A DNA stretch of 64,000 nucleotides from Anaeromyxobacteraceae bacterium (lineage in GTDB: Bacteria; Myxococcota; Myxococcia; Myxococcales; Anaeromyxobacteraceae): positions 96,001 to 160,000 of the forward strand of contig JASGHJ010000002.1 in NCBI GenBank assembly GCA_047602405.1, given 5' to 3'. Position numbers and translations under genes: made by a program. Shown here piece after piece: positions 1 through 11,734 of this stretch. How positions within the stretch are numbered: the first letter of the stretch is position 1; the number at the start of each line of letters is the position of its first letter. A model generated the notes under the pieces. It did not search any database and was not told the DNA's origin. It worked only from the letters and a program-made list of their open reading frames with translations.

Positions 1-68
1 GGCTGGGCGAAGGCGAGGGCCGGCGCGAGCAGGCCGACGGCCGCGCCGAGGGTCTTGAATGGGATCAT
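1..68 (-). CDS. 5' end of an exported protein (partial, runs off window)
   Basis: ATG at 68 reads [23 protein letters not shown], a Sec signal peptide with an AFA|Q cleavage site. Confidence 0.6.
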   Translation of the reverse strand, partial: MIPFKTLGAAVGLLAPALAFAQ

Positions 69-185
69 CTGACCGTGACGGGGCCGCGGCCCCGCGCGTG
101 GAGGTGGACGCATGGCGTCGTCCGGACCTCACCGTCCGGGCGCGCCGCTCCGATCCGGCGCCGGGAGGGCGCCGGAGGTCCGGGC

Positions 186-635
186 TCACGCCCGCGGAGG
201 CGGGGTCACGGGGCGCGCGGCGCCGAGGCCGGCGAGCGCGACGGCGCGCGGGGTCGCGCGCGGGGCGGGGAGCGTCAGGGCTGGACGGGCCGCCGGGAGC
301 ACGACGGGCTCGTGGCCGGGCGCGCGCGGCGCGCCCGCCTCCTCGTTGCCGCAGGTGCCCTTCACGCACGGGTGCGCGGGCGGCCGGGCGGAGCGGGCGA
401 GCCTCGCCTTCGCCGCCGCGCGGTGGCACGGCGGCAGGGCCTCGTCCCGCGCCGCGGCCTCGAGCGCGCGGTGGCAGCCCGTGCAGTCGCAGTCCTCGTC
501 GGGCCCGTGGTGGCACCGGCAGTGGTGCGCCGGGGGCCTCGTCGCGTCGACGAGCCCGCCGGCGCCGCTCGCGGACAGCGCGAGGGCGAGGGCGACCGCA
601 GGTCGCCACCAGCCGGACGTTCGGCGGGAGGGCAC
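186..635 (-). CDS. Cys/His-rich small exported protein, DUF2946/CutF/CruR-like leader candidate
   Basis: Hydrophobic N-terminus ([19 protein letters not shown]), [19 protein letters not shown] cluster, Pro-rich C-terminus [11 protein letters not shown] 635 chosen as start; the ORF is open to 671. Confidence 0.65.
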   Translation of the reverse strand: MPSRRTSGWWRPAVALALALSASGAGGLVDATRPPAHHCRCHHGPDEDCDCTGCHRALEAAARDEALPPCHRAAAKARLARSARPPAHPCVKGTCGNEEAGAPRAPGHEPVVLPAARPALTLPAPRATPRAVALAGLGAARPVTPPPRA

Positions 636-892
636 GGACCCGTCATACGGGCTCGGGGTGCGGCCGGACAAGCACCATGCACGCAGGTCAGTATTTGTTG
701 CATCAACGATATCAGGGGTTTATGTACCCGCGTCGCGTTCGGTCGACCCGCCGGGACTTCGGGCGGCGTCCGCCGAGTTGCATCGGGTGCCCCGAATATG
801 CGAGGAAGCGCCCCGCGCGGCGGGGTGTTCTGCCGCCGCAACCCCTCGAATCGAGCGGTCCCAGAGGCCCGCCGGGCAGGTGGAGGAAAGTC

Positions 893-2977
<2,085 letters not shown>

Positions 2978-3000
2978 GGGCCTCCCGCTCCGGCGGTGCC

Positions 3001-4275
3001 ATGATCCGCCAGGAGGCGATCCTCCGGAGTCCGCTCCGGCTCCTCGACCGCTCGATCCACGGCGGGCTGGGGAAGGGTCACCTCGGGGTGATCATGGCGC
3101 CGGCGGGGGTGGGGAAGTCCTCCTGCCTCGCCCAGATCGGCCTCGACCTCCTGCTCCGCGGGAGGTCGGTGCTGCACGTCGCGCTCCACCAGTCGGTGGA
3201 GCACGTCCGGATCCGCTACGACGCGCTCTTCGACGACCTCGCCGGGCGCGTCGACCTCGCAGACCGGCCGGGCAACCGCGACGCCATCGGCCACCGCCGC
3301 CTCATCTGGACCTCGACCGGCGCGCACTTCGGCGCCGCCGAGCTCGACGCCGCCCTCGCGGTGTTCCGCGCCAACCTGGACCGCGATCCGCAGACCGTCC
3401 TCGTCGACGGCCTCGCCTGGACCGGCCCGGGGCTGTCCGCGACCATCGCGGAGCTCAAGGCGAGCGCCGCGCGGGTGGGCGCCGAGATCTGGCTCACCGC
3501 GCGCGACGGGCACGGCGAGGCGCTCCCGGACGGCTGCGCCCCTCACGTCGACATCGAGCTCTTCCTCGAGCCCGCCGGCGGCCAGGCCCGCCTCACGCTC
3601 GTGAAGGACTTCGAGGAGTTCCCCTCCACCCGCGTGCCGCTCGTCCTCGAGGAGGGCCGGCTGCTCGCGGGCCTCGACGAGGGGGCCGAGGACGAGGGCG
3701 CCGAGGCGTTCACCCTGCTCGCGGCCGGTTCGCCCGGCGCGGAGGAGGCGTTCGGTGCCTGCGCCGAGCGCTGGGGTCTCGCCGAGGTGAACTACACCTT
3801 CGACGGACGCAGCGGCCCGGCCGCCGGGGACGCCGTGCGCACGCGCGGCCTCGTCGTGCTCGAGGAGGACGAGCTCCGCCTCGGCGAGGTGAGCCCCGCC
3901 TACGTGCGGGCGCACCTGCACCGCGCGCTCGCGGAGTCGCCCGAGCTGCACCGCGTGCTGCAGACCATCTGGCACCAGGTCTCGACCGCGGGCGAGGTCT
4001 TCGCGGTCGGGGCGCTCAACGCCGACCGGACCGCGCACGGCGGCACCGGCTGGGCGGTCGAGCTCGCGCGCCACTGGGGCCGGCCGGTGCACCTGTTCGA
4101 TCAGGAGCGCGGCGCCTGGTTCCGCTGGGTGGAGCCGGAGTGGCTCCCGGTCGACGCGCCGGTCGTCACGCACGCGCGCTTCGCCGGCTCCGGCACCCGG
4201 CACCTGACCGACGCCGGCCGGGACGCCATCCGCGCGCTCTTCGAGCGGAGCTTCGGCCCCGCGCCGGTGCAGTAG
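3001..4275 (+). CDS. RecA/KaiC-like P-loop ATPase fused to a SLOG-like (Mo-carrier/YpsA-like) domain
   Basis: N-terminal GGLGKGHLGVIMAPAGVGKS Walker A and VLVDG Walker B; C-terminal GSPGAE, GGTGWAV and FAGSGTR motifs. Confidence 0.75.
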   Translation: MIRQEAILRSPLRLLDRSIHGGLGKGHLGVIMAPAGVGKSSCLAQIGLDLLLRGRSVLHVALHQSVEHVRIRYDALFDDLAGRVDLADRPGNRDAIGHRRLIWTSTGAHFGAAELDAALAVFRANLDRDPQTVLVDGLAWTGPGLSATIAELKASAARVGAEIWLTARDGHGEALPDGCAPHVDIELFLEPAGGQARLTLVKDFEEFPSTRVPLVLEEGRLLAGLDEGAEDEGAEAFTLLAAGSPGAEEAFGACAERWGLAEVNYTFDGRSGPAAGDAVRTRGLVVLEEDELRLGEVSPAYVRAHLHRALAESPELHRVLQTIWHQVSTAGEVFAVGALNADRTAHGGTGWAVELARHWGRPVHLFDQERGAWFRWVEPEWLPVDAPVVTHARFAGSGTRHLTDAGRDAIRALFERSFGPAPVQ

Positions 4276-4276
4276 C

Positions 4277-5602
4277 TCACTTCTCCGCGAGCGCCGCCTC
4301 GACGGCCTTGCGGAGCGCCTCGACGGTGAGGCCGCCAGGGTCGGGCGGCACGGGCTTGCCGTTCACGAGCAGCGTCGGCGTGCCTTCGAGCCCCTGCGAG
4401 AAGGCCTCGCGCCGCTGCCAGAGGACCTCGGCCCGCCAGCGGCCCTCGGAGAGCTCCCGGGAGAGGCGGTCCACGTCGAGCCCCGCCTTCCGTGCGTGGC
4501 GCAGGAGCCCCTCGAGCCCGAGCTCCGCCGGGTTCGCGAAGAGGCGGTCGGCGAGCTCGAAGAAGCGTCCCTGCGCGTGCGCCGCGAGCCCCGCCTCGGC
4601 GGCGAGGAGCGCGTGCTCGTGGGCGGGCATGGGCACGTTCCGGAAGACCCAGCGGACGCGCTCGCGGTACCCGTCGAGCGCCTCGTGCACGGTGGGCCAC
4701 GACCTCCCGCAGTACGGGCACTGGAAGTCGGCGTACTCGACGACGGTGACCTTCGCGTCCGCCGGCCCGCGCGCGGGCGAGCCCTCGAGCTCGGGCGTCC
4801 AGCCGGCTCCCTGCGGGATGGGGAGCAGGAACTTCACCCGGTGCCCCTCCTGCAGCCTCGCCATCGCCGCGGGGTCCTTCCGGAGCACCTCGGCGGTCAC
4901 CCGCAGGCGCGCGGCCGTCCCCCGCACGAGCCGCTCGTCGACGACCGCGCTCGCAGCCTCCCACCGGTCGGAGAGGAGCTCGAGCACGGCCTTCGAGTCG
5001 GCCACGGCGAGCGCGCCCGCGAGATCGCGCCGGCGGAGGGCCGCGTCGCCGAGGTGGACGATGACGTCGTCGGCGTCCCCCGCGAGGGCGGGAGGGGACG
5101 CCGGGCGCACCGGGAAGGCCGTCTCGAGCCCGCGGGCCAGCTCCGCCTCGCGGGCCTCGAGCTTCCCGAGGAGGACCATGCCCTCGAGCTGGCCGCGCAC
5201 GTCCTCGAGCTTCTTGCCCGCGAGGCGCGGGGTCCTCGCGAGCCTCGCGGCGAGCTCGTCGAACGTCGCGGGGCCGACCTTCCGGAACACCTCCTCCTCC
5301 CACAGCGCGCGGAGCGTCACGCCGCGCCTCCTCGCCTCGAGCCCGAGCAGCGCGTTCGTCACGGCGCGGCGGACCGCCGCCTCGCGCGCGGCGGCGCGCC
5401 GCGAGGGGAAGGCGTCGGCGAGGGCGCGAACCCCCGCGGGGAGCTCGCGGTGGAGAATGACGTCGCCGTCGAGCGAGATCACCGGCGCCTCGGGCCCGAG
5501 GGCGACGCCGGGCGGGAGCGGGTCCGTGGCGGGGGCCGGTGCGGCGGGCGCCGAGGGCGCGGGGCCGGTCGCGAGGAGGAGCGCGAGGGCGAGGGCGTGC
5601 AT
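4277..5602 (-). CDS. DsbA-family thioredoxin-domain exported protein
   Basis: Signal peptide; VTVVEYADFQCPYC and GTPTLLVNG. Confidence 0.9.
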   Translation of the reverse strand: MHALALALLLATGPAPSAPAAPAPATDPLPPGVALGPEAPVISLDGDVILHRELPAGVRALADAFPSRRAAAREAAVRRAVTNALLGLEARRRGVTLRALWEEEVFRKVGPATFDELAARLARTPRLAGKKLEDVRGQLEGMVLLGKLEAREAELARGLETAFPVRPASPPALAGDADDVIVHLGDAALRRRDLAGALAVADSKAVLELLSDRWEAASAVVDERLVRGTAARLRVTAEVLRKDPAAMARLQEGHRVKFLLPIPQGAGWTPELEGSPARGPADAKVTVVEYADFQCPYCGRSWPTVHEALDGYRERVRWVFRNVPMPAHEHALLAAEAGLAAHAQGRFFELADRLFANPAELGLEGLLRHARKAGLDVDRLSRELSEGRWRAEVLWQRREAFSQGLEGTPTLLVNGKPVPPDPGGLTVEALRKAVEAALAEK

Positions 5603-5700
5603 CCACCGATGCTACGCCCGGTGCGCGGGAGCGCACGAGCCCCCTTCCGAGCAACGGGACGCTGGACGCTCGGGCGGCGTGCCTCTAGAACGGAGCCGCC

Positions 5701-8586
5701 ATGACCACCTCGAAGCGGCGCCGCCTCCTCGCGCGGCTCGGCCTGGGCGCGGGCGCGCTCGCCGTGCTGTACGTCCTCCTCGGCTTCGTCCTCGCGCCCC
5801 GCCTCGTGAAGGGCGCCATCGAGGAGAAGGGCTCCGCGGCGCTGCACCGCGCGGTCACGGTGGCCGAGGTGAAGGTGAACCCGCTCGTCCTCTCGGTCAC
5901 CGTCCGTGGCCTCGCCGTGGCGGAGCCCGCGGGCGGGAACCTCGCCTCCTGGGAGTCGCTGTACGTCCGGCTCGCGCCGTGGAAGGTGCTCGCGGGCGAC
6001 GTCGGCATCGCGGAGATCGTGCTCGTGAAGCCCGCGGCCGCGCTCGGGCTCGACGCGAAGGGGCGGCTGACCATCCAGGATTTGCTCGACCCCGATCCGG
6101 CGGCGCCGCCGCCCACCGGCGAGAAGGAAGGGAAGCCCGCGCTCGGCCTCGCCCTCGACCGGCTCGAGATCGATCAGGCGACGCTCAGCTTCCACGACGA
6201 CACCCGCGCGCCGCGCTTCGAGACCGTGCTCGGCCCGCTCACCGTGAAGCTCTCGCAGTTCCGCACCCGCGGCGGCGGCGACAGCCCCTACGCGTTCACC
6301 GGCGCCACCGAGGCGGGCGAGACGTTCTCCTGGAGCGGCACGCTGCAGAGCGAGCCGCTCCGCTCCGCGGGCACGCTCAGCTTCAAGGGCATCGACCTGC
6401 CGAAGTACGGCGCCTACTCGCGCGACACCGCGCCGAAGCTCCTCGTCGCCTCGGGCAAGCTCGGCCTCGAGACCCGCTACGAGCTCTCCTGGGGCGACGC
6501 CGCGCGGCGGCTCGCGCTCAGCGGGCTCGGCGTCACCGTCGACGACCTCGCGCTCGCCCGCCTCGCCGACCGCGCGGTCGCGGCGAGGCTGCCGCACATC
6601 GAGGTGAAGGGCGGCGAGGTGGACGTGCTCGGGAAGACGGCCACCGTCGCCGAGGTCCGCGTCGCGGGCGGCGCGCTCACCGCCCGCCGGGAGCCGGGCG
6701 GCGCGATGGCCCTCCTCGAGATGCTCGAGCTCGCGCCGTCGCCGCCGTCGCCGTGGCGCTGGAAGGTCGGCACGGTCGCCATCGACGACGTGGCGCTCGA
6801 CGTCGAGGACCTCACGACGCCGCGCCCGGTGAAGCTCGCGCTCGCCGGGCTGAGGGTGCGGCTCTCCGGGATGGAGCAGCGGGCCGACGTCGCCTGCCCG
6901 ATGCAGGCGAGCGTGCGCGTGGGCGAGGCCGGGACGTTCGCGGCCGAGGGGACGGTCTGGCCGAACGCGGCCCGCGCGAAGCTCGCGCTGAAGGCCGCGG
7001 CCATCGATCTCGTCCCGCTCGCGCCGCTCGCGGAGGCGGGCGCGCCGGTGCGCGTCGCCGAGGCCCGGTTCGGGATGGACGCGAGGGTCGAGGTGGACGC
7101 GGCGCAGAAGGAGCCCACGTGGAGGTTCGCGGGCGACGTCGCGCTCGAGGGGCTGCGCCTGCGGCACCCCGCGCGCGAGGAGGAGCTCGTGCGGCTGACG
7201 GCGCTCCGCGTGGAGGGCGTCGACGCGGAGTCGACCGGCCGCGCCTCGGTGAAGGCCGTCCGGCTGGTGGAGCCGCGCCTGAGGGCCATCGTCTTCGAGG
7301 ACGGGACGACCGGGTTCGCGCCGGCGGCGAAGCCGGGCGAGCCGCCGGCGGTCCAGCCCGCCGCCGCGCAACCCGCCGCGGCCACGAAGGCTGCTTCGAC
7401 GAAGCCGGGCGCCGCCCCCGCCTGGCGCACGACGCTCGGCGTGTTCCAGGTCCTGCGCGGGCAGCTCTCCTACGTGGACCGCTCGGTGAAGCCGCCGGTG
7501 CTCCTCGCGCTCGACGACGTCGAGGGCAAGGTGACGAACCTGTCCTCCGACCCGAAGGTCCGCTCGACGGTGGACCTCAAGGCCCGCGTCGGCGCGGCGC
7601 CGCTCGCGATCACCGGCACGGTGAACCCGCTCCAGGCCGAGGCCTACACCGACGTCGCGGTGAGGTCGAAGGGCATCGAGCTCACGCCGCTCTCCCCATA
7701 CGCCGGCAGGCACCTCGGCTACCTGCTCGAGAAGGGCAAGCTCGACCTCGACCTCGCCTACAAGGTGCAGGCGCGCGCGCTCCAGGCCGGGAACGTCGTC
7801 AAGGTCGACCAGCTCACCCTCGGCGAGAAGACCGACAGCCCCGACGCCACCTCGGCCCCCGTGAAGCTCGGCCTCGCGCTCCTGCGCGACAAGGACGGGG
7901 TCATCCTGCTCGACCTCCCCATCGACGGGAACCTCGACGACCCGGAGTTCCGCTACGGCAAGGTGGTCTGGCGGGCGGTGCTCAACGTGCTCGTGAAGGT
8001 GGCGACCTCGCCGTTCTCCGCGCTCGCCTCGCTCGTCGGCGGCGACAAGGAGGACATCTCGCTCGTCGAGTTCCCGGCGGGCGCGGCGAAGCTCGACGAG
8101 GCCGGCCTGAAGCGCGTCCAGCTCCTCGCGGGCGCGCTCGCGCAGCGGCCCGCGCTGTCGCTCGACCTCGAGGGCACCGCGGATCCCGCCGCCGACGGCA
8201 CCGCGCTGCGGCGTGCCGAGCTCGACCGGACGTTCCGGGTGCAGGAGGCGAAGGCGCGCGGCGTCTCGCCGGAGGCGGTGACGTTCACGCCCGAGCAGCG
8301 CGCCGCCCTCGTCGAGAAGGCCTGGCGCGCGGCGTTCCCGCCGGCGCCGCCGGCCGCGGGCCAGGCGGCCGCGAAGGCGCCCACGCCCGCCGAGATGGAG
8401 GCCCAGCTGCTCGGCCGGGTCGCGACGCCGCCGGAGGCGCTGAAGGCGCTCGCGGTGGAGCGGACGCAGGTGGTCCGGGACGCGCTCCTCGCGGCCGGGC
8501 TCGACCCCGCGCGGCTCTTCACGGTCGAGGGCGGCGAGCGCGCGCAGAAGGAACCCGGACCGCGGGCGTACTTCACGGTCAAGTGA
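5701..8586 (+). CDS. DUF748-family large periplasmic/membrane-anchored protein
   Basis: N-terminal TM anchor, repeated beta-rich segments, LDLPIDGNLDDPEF and VATSPFSAL motifs, OmpA-like C-terminus. Confidence 0.85.
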   Translation: MTTSKRRRLLARLGLGAGALAVLYVLLGFVLAPRLVKGAIEEKGSAALHRAVTVAEVKVNPLVLSVTVRGLAVAEPAGGNLASWESLYVRLAPWKVLAGDVGIAEIVLVKPAAALGLDAKGRLTIQDLLDPDPAAPPPTGEKEGKPALGLALDRLEIDQATLSFHDDTRAPRFETVLGPLTVKLSQFRTRGGGDSPYAFTGATEAGETFSWSGTLQSEPLRSAGTLSFKGIDLPKYGAYSRDTAPKLLVASGKLGLETRYELSWGDAARRLALSGLGVTVDDLALARLADRAVAARLPHIEVKGGEVDVLGKTATVAEVRVAGGALTARREPGGAMALLEMLELAPSPPSPWRWKVGTVAIDDVALDVEDLTTPRPVKLALAGLRVRLSGMEQRADVACPMQASVRVGEAGTFAAEGTVWPNAARAKLALKAAAIDLVPLAPLAEAGAPVRVAEARFGMDARVEVDAAQKEPTWRFAGDVALEGLRLRHPAREEELVRLTALRVEGVDAESTGRASVKAVRLVEPRLRAIVFEDGTTGFAPAAKPGEPPAVQPAAAQPAAATKAASTKPGAAPAWRTTLGVFQVLRGQLSYVDRSVKPPVLLALDDVEGKVTNLSSDPKVRSTVDLKARVGAAPLAITGTVNPLQAEAYTDVAVRSKGIELTPLSPYAGRHLGYLLEKGKLDLDLAYKVQARALQAGNVVKVDQLTLGEKTDSPDATSAPVKLGLALLRDKDGVILLDLPIDGNLDDPEFRYGKVVWRAVLNVLVKVATSPFSALASLVGGDKEDISLVEFPAGAAKLDEAGLKRVQLLAGALAQRPALSLDLEGTADPAADGTALRRAELDRTFRVQEAKARGVSPEAVTFTPEQRAALVEKAWRAAFPPAPPAAGQAAAKAPTPAEMEAQLLGRVATPPEALKALAVERTQVVRDALLAAGLDPARLFTVEGGERAQKEPGPRAYFTVK

Positions 8587-8609
8587 GGGGGCCGCTCGGT
8601 GCGTCCGGC

Positions 8610-8885
8610 CTACGCCCCGATCACCACGTTCCACGGGTGGATCCGGTGCCCGGTCACCACCCCGTTCGCGACGTACGGGTCGCGCTTCACGAACGCCTCG
8701 ACCTCCGCGATCGCGTCGACCTTGAAGATGAAGAGCGCGCCGTCGGTCGGGGGATCGTAAGCGCCCGCGAGGAGGAGCTTGCCGGCGGCGAGGTACTCGT
8801 TGGCGAGCGTGAGGTGCGCCGGGCGGTGAGGCGTGCGGCGCTCGAGGACGTCGGGGACGTAGTCGTAGCGGAGGGCGAAGTACAT
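8610..8885 (-). CDS. YciI-family protein
   Basis: 91 aa with RRTPHRPAHL, LAGA and DPYVANG motifs. Confidence 0.9.
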   Translation of the reverse strand: MYFALRYDYVPDVLERRTPHRPAHLTLANEYLAAGKLLLAGAYDPPTDGALFIFKVDAIAEVEAFVKRDPYVANGVVTGHRIHPWNVVIGA

Positions 8886-8966
8886 GAACCTCCTCTATCA
8901 CGGCTCACGGCGGTCCCGTCGGGTGGGCCCCACGGCGGGTGGGCGCCGGCGGGCGCCGCGGAAGGT

Positions 8967-10101
8967 TCAGGTGCGTGGAGGGGTCGCCTCGCGCCCGATC
9001 GCGTCCCGCAGGATCGCCTCGAGCCCGTCGGCCGCCCGGGCCCAGGTGAACCCCTGGATCAGCGCGTGCCCGGCGCGCGCCAGGCGGACCCGCAGGGCGG
9101 GGTCGCGCACGAGGCGCAGGAGCGCGGCCGCGAGCGCCTCGGGAGCGCGCGCGGGCACCACGAGCGCCGTCTCGCCGTCGTGCGCGAACTCGCGGAAGCC
9201 GCCGGCGTCGGTCGCGACCACCGCGGCGCCGCACGCCATCGCCTCCGCGGGCGTGAGCCCGAAGCCCTCGGTCCAGCTCGGCGCGAGGAACACCGCCGCC
9301 TCGTTGTAGAGCGCGCGCAGCCGCGCCGGGGAGGGGCGCCGCTCGTAGGCGATCCAGGCGGGCAGGTCGGGCGGGCGCGGGAAGACGCCGAACAGCGTCG
9401 CGGCGAGGGCGGGGTGCTCGCGGCGGGCGCGCTCGAGCGCGGCGAGGCCGTCCGGCGTGCCCTTCCAGTCGGCGGTGTGGAAGAGGCATGAGCGCGCGAT
9501 CGGGCGCGCGGGCCTCGGGGGCGACGTCGAGCCCGAAGCGCTCGAAGTCGAGCCCGTTCACGACGACCTCGGCCCGCTCGCCGTGCGCCTCCGCGAACTC
9601 CTCCAGCCAGCGGGCGATGACGACCTTCCGGAGCGGGAGCTTCCAGGTCGCGATCACCTCGTCCTGCGGGCCGGCCCAGGTCTCGAGGTGCTGGATGAGG
9701 TAGAGGTGCGCGCCGGGCAGCGCGGCGACCCACGGCGCGGTCTGCCACGCGGTCGCGAACCAGGCGTCCACCCGCGGGAGCTCCGCGGCCTCGGGCGTCG
9801 GCACGAACGCGAGCTCGACGCGCGGGTCCACCGGGAACCAGGCCCTCGGGTCCCAGCCCCGCCTCAGCCGGCGGTTCGCGAACGAGAGCGCCGCCTTCGC
9901 GCGGAAGAGCGGGCTCGTCCGCCGCCGGGCGACCTTCCCGGGGTCGACGAGGTGCGGCATCGCGACGACGACGCGCCACCCGCGGGCGGCGAGCGCGTTC
10001 GCGTACTCGAGCACGACCTTCACGCCGCCGACCGGCACGCCGGCGCCGGCGGGGAGCAGGAAGCCGACGCTGGGGGCGGAGGAGGTCGTCACGGGCTCCA
10101 C
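8967..10101 (-). CDS. glycosyltransferase family 4, apparent single-base frameshift at 9485/9486
   Basis: GGVKVVLEYANAL and ATAWQT in one frame; FHTADWKG and EGFGLTPAEAMACG in another. Deleting one G at 9485/9486 joins them. Confidence 0.85.
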
Positions 10102-10121
10102 TAGCTACCACACCGCCCGGG

Positions 10122-11036
10122 CTACGCGGGCTGCGCGAGCGCGCCGGGCGTCCGCAGCATCTCGATCACGAGGTCGCGGAACGCCGAGACCTTCGAGGGC
10201 ACGAACTTCGTCGCGGGCGTGACGAGGTAGAGCTGGCCCACGAGGCGCTCGAGCTTCGGCACCACGCGCACGAGCCGGCCCGCGAGCACCTCCCCGTCGG
10301 CGACGATCCCCGGCAACAGGCCGATGCCCGCGCCCGCCCGCACCGCGTCCCGGGTGAAGAGCACGTCGTCGCAGAGCACCCGCGCGCGGGCGGGGGAGGG
10401 CGAGAGCGCGCCGGCATCGCGCAGCGCCTTCACGTTGAGCCGCTGGGGCCCGCCCTTGAACACGACCCAGTCGTGCGTCTCGAGGTCCTCCTCGGTGCGC
10501 GGCGTGCCGCGGCGGGCGAGGTAGAGCGGGGAGGCGTAGGCGCCGAAGAGGATGGGCACCACCTTCTTCACGACGAGCGTCGAGTCGGCGAGCTTCGGCG
10601 CGGCGCGGAGCGCGACGTCGAAGCGCTCCGCCACGAGGTCGACCACCCGGCCGGTGAGGGTGAGGTCCACGGTGACCGCCGGGTAGCGCGCCGTGTAGCG
10701 GGTGATGGCCTCGGCGAGGAACAGCACCCCGAGGTCGACCGGGGCCGTCACGCGGAGCACCCCGCTCGGCGCCTCCTCGCGGCGCTCGGGGACGTCGGTC
10801 ACGGCGTCGCGCAGCTGCTTGAGGAGCGGGGTCGTGCGGTCGTAGAGCGCGGTGCCCGCGCCGGTGAGCGAGACCTGCCGCGTGGTCCGGAAGAGGAGCT
10901 GCGCCTCGAGGTCGCGCTCGAGCCGCGCGACCCCGCGGCTCACGGTCGACTTCGGCAGCCCGAGCTCCTTCGCGGCGGCGGAGAAGCTCTTCGTGCGGGC
11001 GACGGCCTCGAAGACGGCGAGCAGATCGAGCTCCAC
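10122..11036 (-). CDS. LysR-family transcriptional regulator
   Basis: HTH SFSAAAKELGLPKSTVSRGVARLE...LFRTTRQVSLT; GGAGG RBS before GTG 11036. Confidence 0.95.
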   Translation of the reverse strand: MELDLLAVFEAVARTKSFSAAAKELGLPKSTVSRGVARLERDLEAQLLFRTTRQVSLTGAGTALYDRTTPLLKQLRDAVTDVPERREEAPSGVLRVTAPVDLGVLFLAEAITRYTARYPAVTVDLTLTGRVVDLVAERFDVALRAAPKLADSTLVVKKVVPILFGAYASPLYLARRGTPRTEEDLETHDWVVFKGGPQRLNVKALRDAGALSPSPARARVLCDDVLFTRDAVRAGAGIGLLPGIVADGEVLAGRLVRVVPKLERLVGQLYLVTPATKFVPSKVSAFRDLVIEMLRTPGALAQPA

Positions 11037-11070
11037 GGCGGCTTCCTCCAGGCTGGCTGCGGGTTTCCAA

Positions 11071-11126
11071 CTGTTCCCTGTGCGGAACAGAGAAGTGATA
11101 GGAGCACGATTGCGCATCGAGCGCAA
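11071..11126. promoter_or_regulatory. putative LysR binding sites between lysR and yceI
   Basis: CTGTTCC-N6-GGAACAG (11071-11090, contains T-N11-A) and TTGCGC-N5-GCGCAA (11110-11126) in the divergent spacer. Confidence 0.55.
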
Positions 11127-11160
11127 CGGCGGCATCTTGCGTGTCGAAAGGACGACACAC

Positions 11161-11710
11161 ATGACGACCCCCTGGGACATCGACGTTTCTCACTCCGCCA
11201 TCCACTTCCACGTTCGCCACATGGTCATCTCGAAGGTGCACGGCCGCTTCGCGAAGTGGGCCGGCGCGGTCGAGCTCGACCCGGCCGACCTCGCCCGCTC
11301 CTCCGTGAAGGTGACGATCGACGCCGCCTCCATCGACACGCAGGTGGCGGACCGCGACGCCCACCTCCGCTCCGCCGACTTCCTCGACGTGGCGAAGTAC
11401 CCGGAGCTCACCTTCGCCTCGCGGAAGGTCGAGAAGGCCGGCGACGGCTACCGCGTGACGGGCGACCTCACCCTCCACGGCGTCACGAAGGAGGTCGTGC
11501 TCGAGGCCGAGTTCGCCGGCACCGGCAAGGATCCGTGGGGCAACGAGCGCGCGGGCTTCTCCGCGAAGACCGCGATCGACCGCAAGGAGTTCGGCCTCAC
11601 GTGGAACGCGGCCCTCGAGGCGGGCGGCGTGCTCGTCGGCGAGAAGGTCGAGATCGCGATTCGAGCTCGAGGCCGTGAAGCGCGCGGCCCAGAAGCCGGT
11701 GGCGGCGTAG
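11161..11710 (+). CDS. yceI: YceI-family protein, apparent frameshift near the C-terminus (11660/11661)
   Basis: WDIDVSHSAIHFHVRH, RDAHLRSADF and GKDPWGNER. Removing one T restores ...VEIAIELEAVKRAAQKPVAA* with stop at 11708-11710. Confidence 0.9.
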
Positions 11711-11734
11711 CGCCGGGCCGCTTAGGGGAGGGCG

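Noticed and set aside
59..892. 278-codon N-terminal extension of EF-G in the ORF track
   Set aside because: Arg/Gly/Pro-rich shadow translation overlapping an opposite-strand gene; the real start is GTG 893 with a GGAGG RBS
4140..9491. Very long alternative-frame ORFs (1783 aa here, also 32216-36796, 36386-40861 and others)
   Set aside because: Stop-poor shadow frames expected in very GC-rich DNA; they overlap well-supported genes and show no motifs
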